DNA of 64,000 bases from Patescibacteria group bacterium (GCA_041389145.1 JAWKSK010000002.1:3311-67310); one strand, 5' to 3'; counted from the stretch's first letter, positions 32,226 to 42,583 are shown. Program-made: numbers and translations. The notes: generated by a model not told the origin, from the sequence alone.

Positions 32226-32721
32226 AGCGTTTACGGTTTAAGAGTTTGAAGGCATCGGGATATATTGGCTCGGTGTCGTTGCGATGTTCGATGATAATGA
32301 TTCCGTTATCAGCTAGTAGACTTGGATTGTCCCAGCCGGTAATATCTAAAGCCTCTTCATACCAAGGATCGGCAAAGATGAAGTCGTAGGGGAATTGATT
32401 GGCTTCTAGGAAAGAATCAACATTCATCATTCGAATAATCGATAAATCACTAACTCCCAAATCCTGGGCGTTTTGTTTAATCAGCTGATAGTGATTTCGG
32501 TCTTTGTCGATGAAAGTGGCTCGATTGGCGCCTCGACTTAAGGCTTCAAAACCAATTGCTCCAGAACCTGCAAACAAATCTAAAAACTGCTTGTTCTGAA
32601 CACTAGGACCAAGGATGTCGAATAAGGCCTTTCTAGCAATTTCTGGACTAGGCCTGAGACTGGGAATGGTCTTGATAAAGCGACCGCTTAAGTGTCCGCC
32701 TGTGATTCTGATTCTACTCAT
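32188..32721 (-). CDS. rsmD: 16S rRNA m2G966 methyltransferase RsmD
   Basis: IRITGG, FLDLFAGSGAIGFEALSRGA, IFADPWY, RYGDT. Confidence 0.92.
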   Translation of the reverse strand: MSRIRITGGHLSGRFIKTIPSLRPSPEIARKALFDILGPSVQNKQFLDLFAGSGAIGFEALSRGANRATFIDKDRNHYQLIKQNAQDLGVSDLSIIRMMNVDSFLEANQFPYDFIFADPWYEEALDITGWDNPSLLADNGIIIIEHRNDTEPIYPDAFKLLNRKRYGDTVLSFFTRA

Positions 32722-34748
32722 TATTCTGCGTGGTAGTTAGGGGTAGCTATTTCTAATTGTTCCATAAGTTGGGGGTAAAGTTCTAGGGTAGGACTTAAGT
32801 GTAGTAGTTCTTTAGCAGCTGCTTGGGCGAATTCAATGCGGGCTGGGTCGGACCAGTCTGCAAGTCTGAACTTCACAAATCCAGCCTGAGAAATTCCAGT
32901 CAGACTGCCTGGACCTCTAAGTTCGAGGTCAAGTTCGGCAAGCTTGAATCCATCTGTAGTGGTGGCAAAGAGTTCCAGACGTTCCATGATATCAGTGTCT
33001 TCTTCGGTAGGGGTGACAAAACAATATGATTGGTGGTTAGAACGACCAACCCGACCTCTGAGCTGGTGTAGTTGGGAAAGACCAAAGCGTTCTGCCCCTT
33101 CGATTAGCATGACTGTCGCGTTGGGAACATCGATACCAACTTCGATAACAGTAGTGGTGACTATAATGTCTAGTTCATGGTTTTTGAACTGTTCCATAAC
33201 TTGAGCTTTAGTGCTGGAATCTAGTCGACCATGGAGAACTCCAACGCTGTGGTTAGGGAATAGTTTACGAATTGCATCCGCTTCTTTTTCTACAGATTTT
33301 GCGTTGAGTTTAAGGCTGGTTTCAATTAATGGAGTGACGATGAATGCTTGATGTCCAAGTTTGAGTTGGTTTTTGATTTGGGTGTAGGCAGCTTTACGTT
33401 GGGAGTTGGAAATAGCTTGGGAAATGATAGGTAAGCGATGGGCAGGTGGCTGGGGAATAATAGAAAGGTCTAAATCTCCAAAGAGGGTTAGTGCGAGAGA
33501 GCGAGGAATTGGAGTAGCGGTAAGGCTGACGAAGTGAGGGTAGATATGTTTTTGTTGGTTACTACCTGCAAGTTTTAAGGCTTCGCGTTGTTTGACCCCA
33601 AAGCGATGTTGTTCGTCGACGACAACAAGGTTTAGGTTATTAAACTCAACTGTTTTGTGGATTAGCTTGTGTGTGCCAATCACAATATCGGCATTTGTGT
33701 CACCGATGGTTTTGCTTTGGGTTTGTAAACTAATAGTGAAGTTAAACTGTTCGGCTAGGGGTTGAAGATTGTAGTAGTGCTGGTGGGCAAGAACTTCGGT
33801 AGGAACCATTAAGGCTGATTGGAAGTCAAAACGAGCAGCGTTAAACATGGCTAGAGTAGCCACGATGGTTTTACCAGACCCGACGTCTCCTTCGATAAGT
33901 CGGTTGGTAGGGGTGGGCTTGTCAGTGTCTTGTAATAGGTCCCAAAGTGCCCGTTTCTGGCCGTTGGTGAGAGTGAATGGCAGATTACTAATTACATCCT
34001 TGATGAATGCAAGGTCGGTAGGGATGGGCTTAGCTTTGGAGGTGGTGAGGAAGTTTTTTCCTGCTTGGACTTGAAGCTGAACTCCCAGAAGTTCATCAAA
34101 AGCTAGACGTTCTTTGGCAGCTTCAAGTTTGGCAGTGTCAGTAGGGAGGTGAAGTTGCCTAATGGCAGTATCTAAATCTAAGAGGTTCCATTTCTTAACC
34201 AGTTGGTTAGGAAGAGGATCGACAATAGTGTCCAAATTGGGGATGAGCCGCATGAAGATGCGACGTAGAATTTTGGTGGTAAGACCACCAATACTAGAAT
34301 AGGTAGGTACTATTCTTCCTGAATGGATTGGGGTTTTTTCGGCAATTTCGACACTTGGATTGGAGAACATTAGGCCTCGTTTGCCTTGGACAAGAGCACC
34401 GGTAAGGTAGTAGTAGGTTTCGGTTTTAAGGTTTTTTACCAGGTATGGTTGATTGAACCAGGTGATGTCTACTGAACCGGTGGCGTCATGGGCAGTGGCC
34501 TGTGTAAGCACCATTCTGCGCCTGGATGTCCTAAACATCTTGGGGTTTTCGAGGGTGGCTTTGATGGTGTATTTTTGCCCATTTGGTTGTAAATCTTGGA
34601 TCTGTTGAAGTTGGGTTAGATCATCCCAGGCCCGTGGAAGGATGCGTAAAAGGTCTTGTACGGTAAGGAGACCGAGGCTTACAAGCTTCTCAGTAGTTGC
34701 GGGTCCGATACCCGGAATCTTATCTAGTCTGGCATTGGGAGATATCAC
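32721..34748 (-). CDS. recG: ATP-dependent DNA helicase RecG
   Basis: RLIEGDVGSGKT, DEQHRFGV, TATPIPRSL, LHQLRGRVGR, DLELRGPG. Confidence 0.97.
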   Translation of the reverse strand: MISPNARLDKIPGIGPATTEKLVSLGLLTVQDLLRILPRAWDDLTQLQQIQDLQPNGQKYTIKATLENPKMFRTSRRRMVLTQATAHDATGSVDITWFNQPYLVKNLKTETYYYLTGALVQGKRGLMFSNPSVEIAEKTPIHSGRIVPTYSSIGGLTTKILRRIFMRLIPNLDTIVDPLPNQLVKKWNLLDLDTAIRQLHLPTDTAKLEAAKERLAFDELLGVQLQVQAGKNFLTTSKAKPIPTDLAFIKDVISNLPFTLTNGQKRALWDLLQDTDKPTPTNRLIEGDVGSGKTIVATLAMFNAARFDFQSALMVPTEVLAHQHYYNLQPLAEQFNFTISLQTQSKTIGDTNADIVIGTHKLIHKTVEFNNLNLVVVDEQHRFGVKQREALKLAGSNQQKHIYPHFVSLTATPIPRSLALTLFGDLDLSIIPQPPAHRLPIISQAISNSQRKAAYTQIKNQLKLGHQAFIVTPLIETSLKLNAKSVEKEADAIRKLFPNHSVGVLHGRLDSSTKAQVMEQFKNHELDIIVTTTVIEVGIDVPNATVMLIEGAERFGLSQLHQLRGRVGRSNHQSYCFVTPTEEDTDIMERLELFATTTDGFKLAELDLELRGPGSLTGISQAGFVKFRLADWSDPARIEFAQAAAKELLHLSPTLELYPQLMEQLEIATPNYHAE

Positions 34749-34790
34749 CTTAGAATTGCTTAAAAATACGCTTCCAGAGCTAAAAAACCA

Positions 34791-34819
34791 TTGACGAAAG
34801 GTGATATTTACGATATAAT
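34791..34819 (+). promoter_or_regulatory. Near-consensus sigma70 promoter divergent from recG
   Basis: TTGACG-17 nt-TATAAT. Confidence 0.8.
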
Positions 34820-34885
34820 TTAGGTAAGAGCTTGTGAGCTGGGGACAGCTATATAAGCTATATCACCTTACAATTACAGCCTACC

Positions 34886-35056
34886 ATGAAGATGCACGCA
34901 TCGATTATAGACTTTAACGGAATGCAGTTTCGCTCAGAACGTTCTATAGATGAACGACTTAGAGCTAAAACTCGTGGAAAACTATCTACCCGCAGACGTA
35001 AAAACAATGTCGCTCGAAACGTTCGCGGAACATTAGATCAAATATTAGGTTGGTAA
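34886..35056 (+). CDS. 56-aa Arg/Lys-rich protein not in the ORF track
   Basis: Hand translation MKMHASIIDFNGMQFRSERSIDERLRAKTRGKLSTRRRKNNVARNVRGTLDQILGW; lies between a promoter and a terminator. Confidence 0.6.
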   Translation: MKMHASIIDFNGMQFRSERSIDERLRAKTRGKLSTRRRKNNVARNVRGTLDQILGW

Positions 35057-35090
35057 TGTAAGTTAACTATATGAAAACAGAATAAAGCGA

Positions 35091-35118
35091 AAGAGCCTGC
35101 GTATATGCAGGCTCTTTT
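35091..35118. terminator. Bidirectional intrinsic terminator
   Basis: AAGAGCCTGC-GTATAT-GCAGGCTCTTTT. Confidence 0.8.
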
Positions 35119-35135
35119 GAATTTATGGTGAAGTC

Positions 35136-35369
35136 CTAGGATTGTGCACGAATGTACGCATCCCGAAAACCCATTCTCATGGAGGTTGATTCGATAATTG
35201 GTTGCGGATGGACATCGGAGCAGTGCTGACAAACAGGTGCTAATTGAATATTAGCAATCTGGTCATTTGTGTAACCTGCTTCGATAAACTGAAGATACAA
35301 CCAATCATTACCAAGAGTCTGGACTAGTTCGGCAGCGCGCCTCCGTTGAATGCTGTTTGGCATAACCAC
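35136..35369 (-). CDS. Orphan small protein with CxxC
   Basis: SD GAGGTG, promoter TTGACT-17-TACATT at 35394-35422, PVCQHCSDVH. Confidence 0.55.
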   Translation of the reverse strand: MVMPNSIQRRRAAELVQTLGNDWLYLQFIEAGYTNDQIANIQLAPVCQHCSDVHPQPIIESTSMRMGFRDAYIRAQS

Positions 35370-35423
35370 ACCTCAAGGTACTTATTCAGCTTTAATGTAC
35401 TTCTAGTTTTGAGGAGAGTCAAT

Positions 35424-36617
35424 TTAAATGAGCTTCAAGAACTTACGTTTACCAACTTGGATGATTGTCTTGGTTTCTTTTTCTAATTCGAAGGTTGGAT
35501 TGGTGATTGGTTGGGAATCTAGCTTGATTCCATTTTGATTCATGAGTCTGCGACCTTCTGATTTGGAAGCGATGATATTTTGGTTAACTAGGAGGTCTAG
35601 GAGTTCTGTAGTTTTGGTTAGTTTGTAAGTTAGGATGTCGGATGGAAGCTGACCTTTTTGGAATTGGTTGATGAATGCTTGTTGAGCAGTATCGGCAGCC
35701 TTCTTGCCGTCATACATTTCTACAATGGTATGAGCGAGTTTGAGTTTGAGGTCTCTTGGGTTTTGGGATTTGAGTTGAGACTTAATTATAGCCAGTTCCT
35801 TTAGAGAAATATGAGTGGCAAGACGGAAGTAATCATAGATTGCTTCATCGTTGATTGACATGGTTTTGCCAAACTTATCTTTAGGGGTATCTGTAAGCGA
35901 AATGTAGTTGCCGAGTGATTTGCTCATCTTTTGGACTCCATCGGTGCCAACTAGAATACTTGAAGTAATGATGGCTTGTGGTTTTTGGCCGAACTTTTCT
36001 TGGTAGGTACGACCCATCATTTCGTTGAAGAGTTGATCATTACCAACGATGGTAAGGTCTGATTTGAGCATGACAGAATCGTATCCCTGGATAATTGGGT
36101 AGATCATTTCGTGCATTCTAATTTCGCGACCTGATTTGATGCGGTCCTGAAACATATCACGTTCGATGAGTTGAGCATGAGTGATTTGGGACATTAGGCT
36201 GACAAATTCTGATGTCTTCATTTTGCCAAACCAATCGTTATTGTTTTCGATTTCAAAAACAGTTTTGTTGGGTTTAAGAATTTTATTTACCTGTTTGATG
36301 TAGGTATTGGCATTCTTTTTAATTTCGGCAGGAGTAATAACTTTTCTGGTTTCGGATTTGCCGGTCGGATCACCAATTTGGGTGGTGAAGCCACCGATTA
36401 AGAAGACTACTTTATGACCCCAGTCTTGGAGTTGTCTCATCATCCAGAGGTTTACTCCATGACCAATGTGAATATCTGGTGAGGTAACATCGACACCAAA
36501 TTTAATTGTTAGTTTTTTACCGGTTTGGAGAGCAACTTTGAGTTCTTTTTCTCCGACAATAGACTCGACGCGGCGAGTTAAAAATTCATTGAGTTCTGTA
36601 GGGGTAGGTTTATGCAT
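35424..36617 (-). CDS. tyrS: Tyrosine-tRNA ligase
   Basis: DIHIGH, IGDPTGK, QGYDS, KMSKS, C-terminal S4-like domain. Confidence 0.97.
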   Translation of the reverse strand: MHKPTPTELNEFLTRRVESIVGEKELKVALQTGKKLTIKFGVDVTSPDIHIGHGVNLWMMRQLQDWGHKVVFLIGGFTTQIGDPTGKSETRKVITPAEIKKNANTYIKQVNKILKPNKTVFEIENNNDWFGKMKTSEFVSLMSQITHAQLIERDMFQDRIKSGREIRMHEMIYPIIQGYDSVMLKSDLTIVGNDQLFNEMMGRTYQEKFGQKPQAIITSSILVGTDGVQKMSKSLGNYISLTDTPKDKFGKTMSINDEAIYDYFRLATHISLKELAIIKSQLKSQNPRDLKLKLAHTIVEMYDGKKAADTAQQAFINQFQKGQLPSDILTYKLTKTTELLDLLVNQNIIASKSEGRRLMNQNGIKLDSQPITNPTFELEKETKTIIQVGKRKFLKLI

Positions 36618-36737
36618 GACTATATTGTAACTAATTTGTGTCAGATTCGGATATTTTGTATTGTACCCAGAGCTGTAATCAGTTGGTATAATAGGTAAGT
36701 TAATCAGAAATTAGTGGGGGTTGGGGGATATTCCCAT

Positions 36738-39257
36738 ATGAGTGAATTAATGCCATTTAGGCCAAATTATAGTCGAATTAGAAAACAGATGCGTGGGCGT
36801 CGGATTTTGCGTAGAACCCAAAAGCAGGCCTTTTCTTTATTAGGCAGATTGGGGATTAATACCTGGCCAAAGCTAGGATTGGCTGTATTTGCAGTCCTGT
36901 TTTTGGCGGTTAGTTTCTTTACAGCAGTAGCTTCAATTGGATTGCCAAACCCAGCAAGATTGGTTATTTATTCTGCTTCAGATTCTACCAAGGTGTTGGA
37001 TCGGAATGGGGTAGTGCTGTACGACATCTTTAATGAAAAGCGGAGAACTACTATTACATTGGAGGAAATTCCAGATGTATTAAAACAGGCAACAATTGCA
37101 ATTGAGGATAAAGATTTCTATCACCACAATGGTTTTGATATTAGAGGTTTCTTGCGTGGGGTTGTGTTGGCTCCGTTATCTGGAAAAGGATTCCAGGGAG
37201 GTTCAACCATTACACAGCAGTTTGTGAAGAATGCAATTATTGGGGATAGCAGAACAGTTACCCGTAAGGCAAAAGAATTAATCCTAGCCTTCCAGCTAGA
37301 ACAGATTTATTCCAAGGATAAGTTGTTGGAATTGTATTTGAATGAAATTCCATACGGTAACAGTGCCTATGGAGTAGAGGCAGCATCTCTTACCTACTTT
37401 AATAAACATGCAAAAGATTTATCTTTGCCAGAAGCGGCTGCATTAGCTGCGTTACCACAGGCACCATCCAGATATTCTCCTTGGGGTTCTCGTTCTGATC
37501 TGTGGTTAGGAAGAAAAGACACAGTATTGAATAACATGTATGACCAAGGTTACATCACCAAAGAAGAAAGAGATGAAGCTAAGGTGGCTGAGATTAAGGT
37601 ACAGCCACGTAAGGATTCGGTGAAGGCTCCTCACTTTGTGCAGTATGTACGTGAATTGTTAGCTGATAAGTATGGAGAAAAAGTATTAGAAGAAGGTGGT
37701 TTGCAAATTACCACCACTTTGGATTGGGATAAACAAAAAGCTGCTGAAGATTCCATTTCAGCAAGAGCAGAGTTCAACTTGTCTAACTACAATGCGGGCA
37801 ATGCAGCATTGGTATCGATTGATCCAAATACTGGTGAGATTCTAGCAATGGTAGGAAGCAAGGATTACTTTGATCAGGATATTGATGGATATGTAAACGT
37901 AGCGGTGGCAGAAAGACAGCCAGGTTCTTCTATCAAGCCAGTGGTATATGCAGCGGCATTCAAGAAGGGATATGGTCCGGCTACGATGCTAATGGATGTG
38001 CAGACAGATTTTGGCAATGGGTATACACCACGTAACTACGATGGTGGATTTAGAGGTCCAATTTCTATTCGGTCTGCATTGGCTAACTCCCAAAACATTC
38101 CAGCAGTTAAAGCATTGGCATATGCAGGGGTTAGAGAAACTACTGACTTAGCTCAAGATATGGGATTGTCCACTTTGGATGATCCGGAAAGATATGGATT
38201 GTCGTTAACCTTGGGTGGAGGAGAAGTGACTTTGTTAGAACTCACATCTGCCTATGGTGTGTTTGCAACTGGAGGGTTAAGAACTGAACCAGTAGCTGTG
38301 TTGAAGGTTCAAGACAAGAGAGGCAGAGTGTTAGAAGAATATCAGCCAAGTAAACCAAAGCGTGTATTGGATGCAGAGGTGGCTTACTTAATCAGCAATA
38401 TTCTTTCAGATGATCCAGCACGTGCTCAGGTGTTTGGAACTGGTGGTCCGTTAACTTTGCCTGGAAGAGTCGTGGCTGCTAAGACTGGTACCACTAACGA
38501 CTTTAAAGATGGTTGGACAGTTGGATTTACCCCAGACTTAGTAACTGGTGTATGGGCAGGTAACAATCGAAATGAATCAATGTCTGCATCGTCTGGATTG
38601 GTGGCAGCTCCAATGTGGAACTCATATATGAGAAGTGCTTTATCTGGGGTTCCAAACAAACCATTCTCAAGACCAGCTGGAATTCGTGATATTGAGGTCG
38701 ATAAGTTATCTGGATTATTGCCAAGTGATGCTACTCCAGAAACAAAGACTGAAATTTTTGCTAGCTTTGCAGTCCCTACCAAGACAGATGATGTGCATAA
38801 GAAGATTAAGGTAGCAAAAGCAGATCCAACCAAGTTGGCACCGGCTGGATTCCCACCAGATCAAATTGAGGAACGAGTATTTGTAGAACTACATTCTGAA
38901 AGACCAAATAATGCAGCTTGGGAAAACCCAGTAAAGAAATGGGCAGAAGATAATGGGTTTACCATACCAACAGAAATCTATACAGGTGGATTTGCTGACC
39001 CAGATATCACCATCCAAAGTCCATCTAATGGAGCGACTGTAAATGGACCATTTACAGTGGTGGCTAAGATCCGCGATGGAGTAGAAGTTGATAAGGTTGA
39101 ATTCGTGTTGGATGGTGAGGTGAAAGGAAGTAAGACAAGTGGACCATATCAATTAGAACTTTCTCCACCGATTGATGATTCTACTCACACAGTGCTTGTG
39201 AGATTGATAACAAAGAGTAATCAGGTGTCTACTACCGAGATACAGGTAAAAACCTAG
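36738..39257 (+). CDS. Class A penicillin-binding protein with C-terminal Ig-like domain
   Basis: EDKDFY, GGSTITQQFVKN, RQPGSSIK (SxxK), SQN, KTGT. Confidence 0.95.
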   Translation: MSELMPFRPNYSRIRKQMRGRRILRRTQKQAFSLLGRLGINTWPKLGLAVFAVLFLAVSFFTAVASIGLPNPARLVIYSASDSTKVLDRNGVVLYDIFNEKRRTTITLEEIPDVLKQATIAIEDKDFYHHNGFDIRGFLRGVVLAPLSGKGFQGGSTITQQFVKNAIIGDSRTVTRKAKELILAFQLEQIYSKDKLLELYLNEIPYGNSAYGVEAASLTYFNKHAKDLSLPEAAALAALPQAPSRYSPWGSRSDLWLGRKDTVLNNMYDQGYITKEERDEAKVAEIKVQPRKDSVKAPHFVQYVRELLADKYGEKVLEEGGLQITTTLDWDKQKAAEDSISARAEFNLSNYNAGNAALVSIDPNTGEILAMVGSKDYFDQDIDGYVNVAVAERQPGSSIKPVVYAAAFKKGYGPATMLMDVQTDFGNGYTPRNYDGGFRGPISIRSALANSQNIPAVKALAYAGVRETTDLAQDMGLSTLDDPERYGLSLTLGGGEVTLLELTSAYGVFATGGLRTEPVAVLKVQDKRGRVLEEYQPSKPKRVLDAEVAYLISNILSDDPARAQVFGTGGPLTLPGRVVAAKTGTTNDFKDGWTVGFTPDLVTGVWAGNNRNESMSASSGLVAAPMWNSYMRSALSGVPNKPFSRPAGIRDIEVDKLSGLLPSDATPETKTEIFASFAVPTKTDDVHKKIKVAKADPTKLAPAGFPPDQIEERVFVELHSERPNNAAWENPVKKWAEDNGFTIPTEIYTGGFADPDITIQSPSNGATVNGPFTVVAKIRDGVEVDKVEFVLDGEVKGSKTSGPYQLELSPPIDDSTHTVLVRLITKSNQVSTTEIQVKT

Positions 39258-39360
39258 TTTGGACATTGGTTTATACGAAATATCGTGATATGTTTGGGGC
39301 GCAACAAGTTAGTTGGGGTCGAATTAGTTATACCAGGTAACCTCATGGAGGATTACTATT

Positions 39361-39582
39361 ATGGACGAAAACATGAACAATGATGCTATGCCTCAGAATG
39401 ATGAAGGCATGATGAACAACGATGGTGACATGAACAACAACGATTCTATGCCTAACGAAGGTGACAACACCGAAATGGGTGGCGAAGGCGAAGCAAAGCC
39501 AGAAATGCCAGCTGAAGGCGAAGAAGAAGGTGGTGACATGAACACCGGTGGGGATGACATGGGTATGGATAACGCTGCTTAA
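39361..39582 (+). CDS. Acidic Met/Asn/Asp/Gly-rich low-complexity small protein
   Basis: SD GGAGG, AAC/GAA-rich codons, terminator at 39613-39649. Confidence 0.75.
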   Translation: MDENMNNDAMPQNDEGMMNNDGDMNNNDSMPNEGDNTEMGGEGEAKPEMPAEGEEEGGDMNTGGDDMGMDNAA

Positions 39583-39713
39583 GGCGCCAACTAAGTTAGA
39601 CTCAAATTATAGATATAGCTGACCTCATTTACGGGGTCAGCTATATTTTGTTTGACATAAGATATGAGATAACTAGTATATATAGAGCAAATTAGTTAAG
39701 AAAAAGGAGAAAG

Positions 39714-40994
39714 ATGCAAGTTTCTCGAGAAAATGTTTCTGGTAATAAGGTAAAGCTCACCATTACAACTGAAATGGGTGAGTGGAATGAACTATTAGAT
39801 AGTGCTGCTGCTTCATTGGGAAAGTCTGTAAAGATTGAAGGATTCCGTGAAGGCAAGGCCCCAAGAAGTGTAGTTATTAATAAAGTGGGTGAAGCCCGTG
39901 TGTTGTCGGCTGCATCTGAATTAGCAATTGAAAAGTTTTATCCACAAGCAGTTAGGGATGAAAAGTTACGTCCAATTAACTTCCCATCAGTAACTGTGGA
40001 TCAGGTAGGGTTAGATGCTCCAGTAGTATTTAGCGCCGAAGTGGCAGTAATGCCAGAAGTTACCCTTGGTGACTACACCAAGATCCGGGTAAAGAGAGAG
40101 GTTCCAGAAGTTAGTGACCAGATGGTAACTGATACTTTGGAAAGCATGCGCAAAAAGATGGCCGAATACAACGAAGTCGATCGGGAGGCCAAAGAAGGTG
40201 ACTGGACTGAAATTGATTTCACTGGCTATGTAGATGACAAAGAGTTTCCAGGTGGAGCATCTAAGAACCATCCATTGGTGATTGGGGAGAAGATGTTTAT
40301 CCCAGGTTTTGAAGAGGGACTGGTAGGAATGAAGGCTGGGGATGAAAAAGAAATTGAAGTTACCTTCCCAACTGAATACCATGCAGCAGAACTAGCAGGT
40401 AAGCCGGCTAAGTTTAAGGTGAAGTTGCACAAGGTAAAGGAAATGAGCTTACCTGAACAAGACGATGCTTTTGCTAAAAAGGCTTCTAAGTTTGAATCTT
40501 TAGATGAACTAAAGGCAGATATTCGTAAGTTCATGGAAGAGGATGCTAATAGAAGAGCAGACGAACAGGTAAGAGAAGAAGCAATTAAAGAACTAGTTAA
40601 GGTAGTGAAGTTGGAAGTTCCAGAAGAATTAGTGGAACAAGAACTAACCGCCATGCTTAACGATCTAAAAGGTAAGGTGGCAAATGCCCACATGACCTTT
40701 GAAGATTATTTGGGTAAGGCTGGTACTAATGAAGCAGGCCTTAAATCTCAGTGGAGAGAACAAGCTGTGGATAGAGTAAAGGCTGGCCTTGCCTTAGATG
40801 CATTGGCCACTAAAGAAGATATCCAAGTAACTCATGATGAAGTTCATGTAGAGTTGGATAAGTTAAAGGCCCAGTATCCAGACCAAGCTGAAGAAATTGA
40901 AAAACACTATGGTGGACATAATCATGGCCACTTGGAAAGTCAGCTAAGAACTAGAAAGGTAGTAGATAGGCTGATTGAGATAGCTGGACAGTGA
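39714..40994 (+). CDS. tig: Trigger factor
   Basis: GFREGKAP ribosome-binding loop, FKBP domain FIPGFEEGL, FPTEYHAAELAGK. Confidence 0.97.
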   Translation: MQVSRENVSGNKVKLTITTEMGEWNELLDSAAASLGKSVKIEGFREGKAPRSVVINKVGEARVLSAASELAIEKFYPQAVRDEKLRPINFPSVTVDQVGLDAPVVFSAEVAVMPEVTLGDYTKIRVKREVPEVSDQMVTDTLESMRKKMAEYNEVDREAKEGDWTEIDFTGYVDDKEFPGGASKNHPLVIGEKMFIPGFEEGLVGMKAGDEKEIEVTFPTEYHAAELAGKPAKFKVKLHKVKEMSLPEQDDAFAKKASKFESLDELKADIRKFMEEDANRRADEQVREEAIKELVKVVKLEVPEELVEQELTAMLNDLKGKVANAHMTFEDYLGKAGTNEAGLKSQWREQAVDRVKAGLALDALATKEDIQVTHDEVHVELDKLKAQYPDQAEEIEKHYGGHNHGHLESQLRTRKVVDRLIEIAGQ

Positions 40995-40995
40995 T

Positions 40996-42540
40996 ATGTT
41001 GTTACGAATTAAGAATTATAGAGCATTCAGTGGTGATGACGGCTTTGAATTAAATTTATCTGATGGATTCGTAATCTCTCTACTTGGCCCTAATAATGCT
41101 GGGAAGAGCTCGGTTCTCAGATTGCTTTACGATTTAAAGGATTTGTTTTCAAGATTAGTAAGGCTTCATGGATTCGGAATTGGAAATCCAAGGTTTGAGT
41201 TTAACTACGTCTACTCACACCCTACTGAAATTGTTCCTCGAACCAGTGCTGATGGTGATTTTGAAATTACATTAAAAGACAACATTTCGAATCGCATAGT
41301 GTCTATTGTTTTAGTCGTCTCTGGAACTTCTGTAGAAAGTATAAACCTGCTGGTTGATGGAGAGCGCTTTTCTAATTTGGGGTATCAAATTAATAACGAC
41401 GTCCTTGTTTCTACCCGGGGGGAAGAGAATATTTCTTTGATTTCATTCAGGAAGGTGTTCAATGCTTTGTCTGACACATTTTATGTACCAGCATTTCGCA
41501 ATGCAATTAATCTCGGTTCGAATGAAAACTATATGGGTCTCAAAACAGGGACTTCCTTTATAAGATTGGTTGACGAACAAATTAGTTCTGATAATGCTAC
41601 GACTAGAATTGAAGCAGAGAAAATTACATCTGATATAAGAAGAATTCTGGATATGCCAGACTTTAGAATTTGGACTTCTCAAAATGGTAAATTGATGGTT
41701 CAGACTTCTACGGGGACATCTAGGCTTGAGGATTTGGGATCAGGTGTATCCCAACTTGTCATTGTTTTGTTAAATCTGGCAGTAGCAAAGCCAAGTATTA
41801 TTTTGATTGATGAACCAGAATTGGGACTGCATCCAGCTTTGCAAATCGCTTTTATTAATACTTTATTATCCTATTCAAAATATGGGGTAGCGTTTGCAAC
41901 GCATAGTATTGGACTTGCGAGGGCGACATCTGATCATGTTTATTGGATAGAACAAACTCGTGAGGGTAAATCTACACTTTCAAGTTTTGAGACTGACGGG
42001 AGAGTGAGCTATGAAGAATTTTTGGGCGAGGTAGGATTTGAGAGTATTGCAAAGTTGGACTATGAGACCTTGCTTCTTGTAGAGGGCAAGAATGATATTA
42101 AAGTGTTTCACCAATTACTAAGAAACTATTCAAAGCTCGATAGGGTTTTGATTTTACCTCTTGGAGGCGGGAATTTGATTAGGGGCGGTGTTGAGCTTGA
42201 AATGTCTCATTTTGCCCGAATTGCTGCTAGCTCAAAGTTGGCATGGATTGATAGTGATCGAACTGTTCCTGATGAAGATTTAGATCAGCATATCGTTGAT
42301 TTTGTTGACTTGTGTGCAATACCTCCAATATCTATTGATGTTAGTGTTTCTGATCGAAGAGAACTGGAAAATTATTTTCCTCATGAGTATATTTTAAATG
42401 TTATTCCTGGTTATCAAGATATTGGTTCTTTTGGTGAAGCAACGAGGGATTTAAAAAGATTAGGGTGGCAGGTTGCCAAGCGTATTAATCCTAGTGACTT
42501 AGAAGGAACTGATTTAGGAGTTTTTTTGAATGGGTTATAA
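40996..42540 (+). CDS. OLD-family ABC-ATPase plus TOPRIM nuclease
   Basis: GPNNAGKS, LGSGVSQL, LIDEPELGLHP, ATHS; TOPRIM LLVEGKND, DSD, RELENYF. Confidence 0.85.
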   Translation: MLLRIKNYRAFSGDDGFELNLSDGFVISLLGPNNAGKSSVLRLLYDLKDLFSRLVRLHGFGIGNPRFEFNYVYSHPTEIVPRTSADGDFEITLKDNISNRIVSIVLVVSGTSVESINLLVDGERFSNLGYQINNDVLVSTRGEENISLISFRKVFNALSDTFYVPAFRNAINLGSNENYMGLKTGTSFIRLVDEQISSDNATTRIEAEKITSDIRRILDMPDFRIWTSQNGKLMVQTSTGTSRLEDLGSGVSQLVIVLLNLAVAKPSIILIDEPELGLHPALQIAFINTLLSYSKYGVAFATHSIGLARATSDHVYWIEQTREGKSTLSSFETDGRVSYEEFLGEVGFESIAKLDYETLLLVEGKNDIKVFHQLLRNYSKLDRVLILPLGGGNLIRGGVELEMSHFARIAASSKLAWIDSDRTVPDEDLDQHIVDFVDLCAIPPISIDVSVSDRRELENYFPHEYILNVIPGYQDIGSFGEATRDLKRLGWQVAKRINPSDLEGTDLGVFLNGL

Positions 42541-42583
42541 TACTATTGAATGATATAGCATCAGCAAATAATCAAAACCAGCT

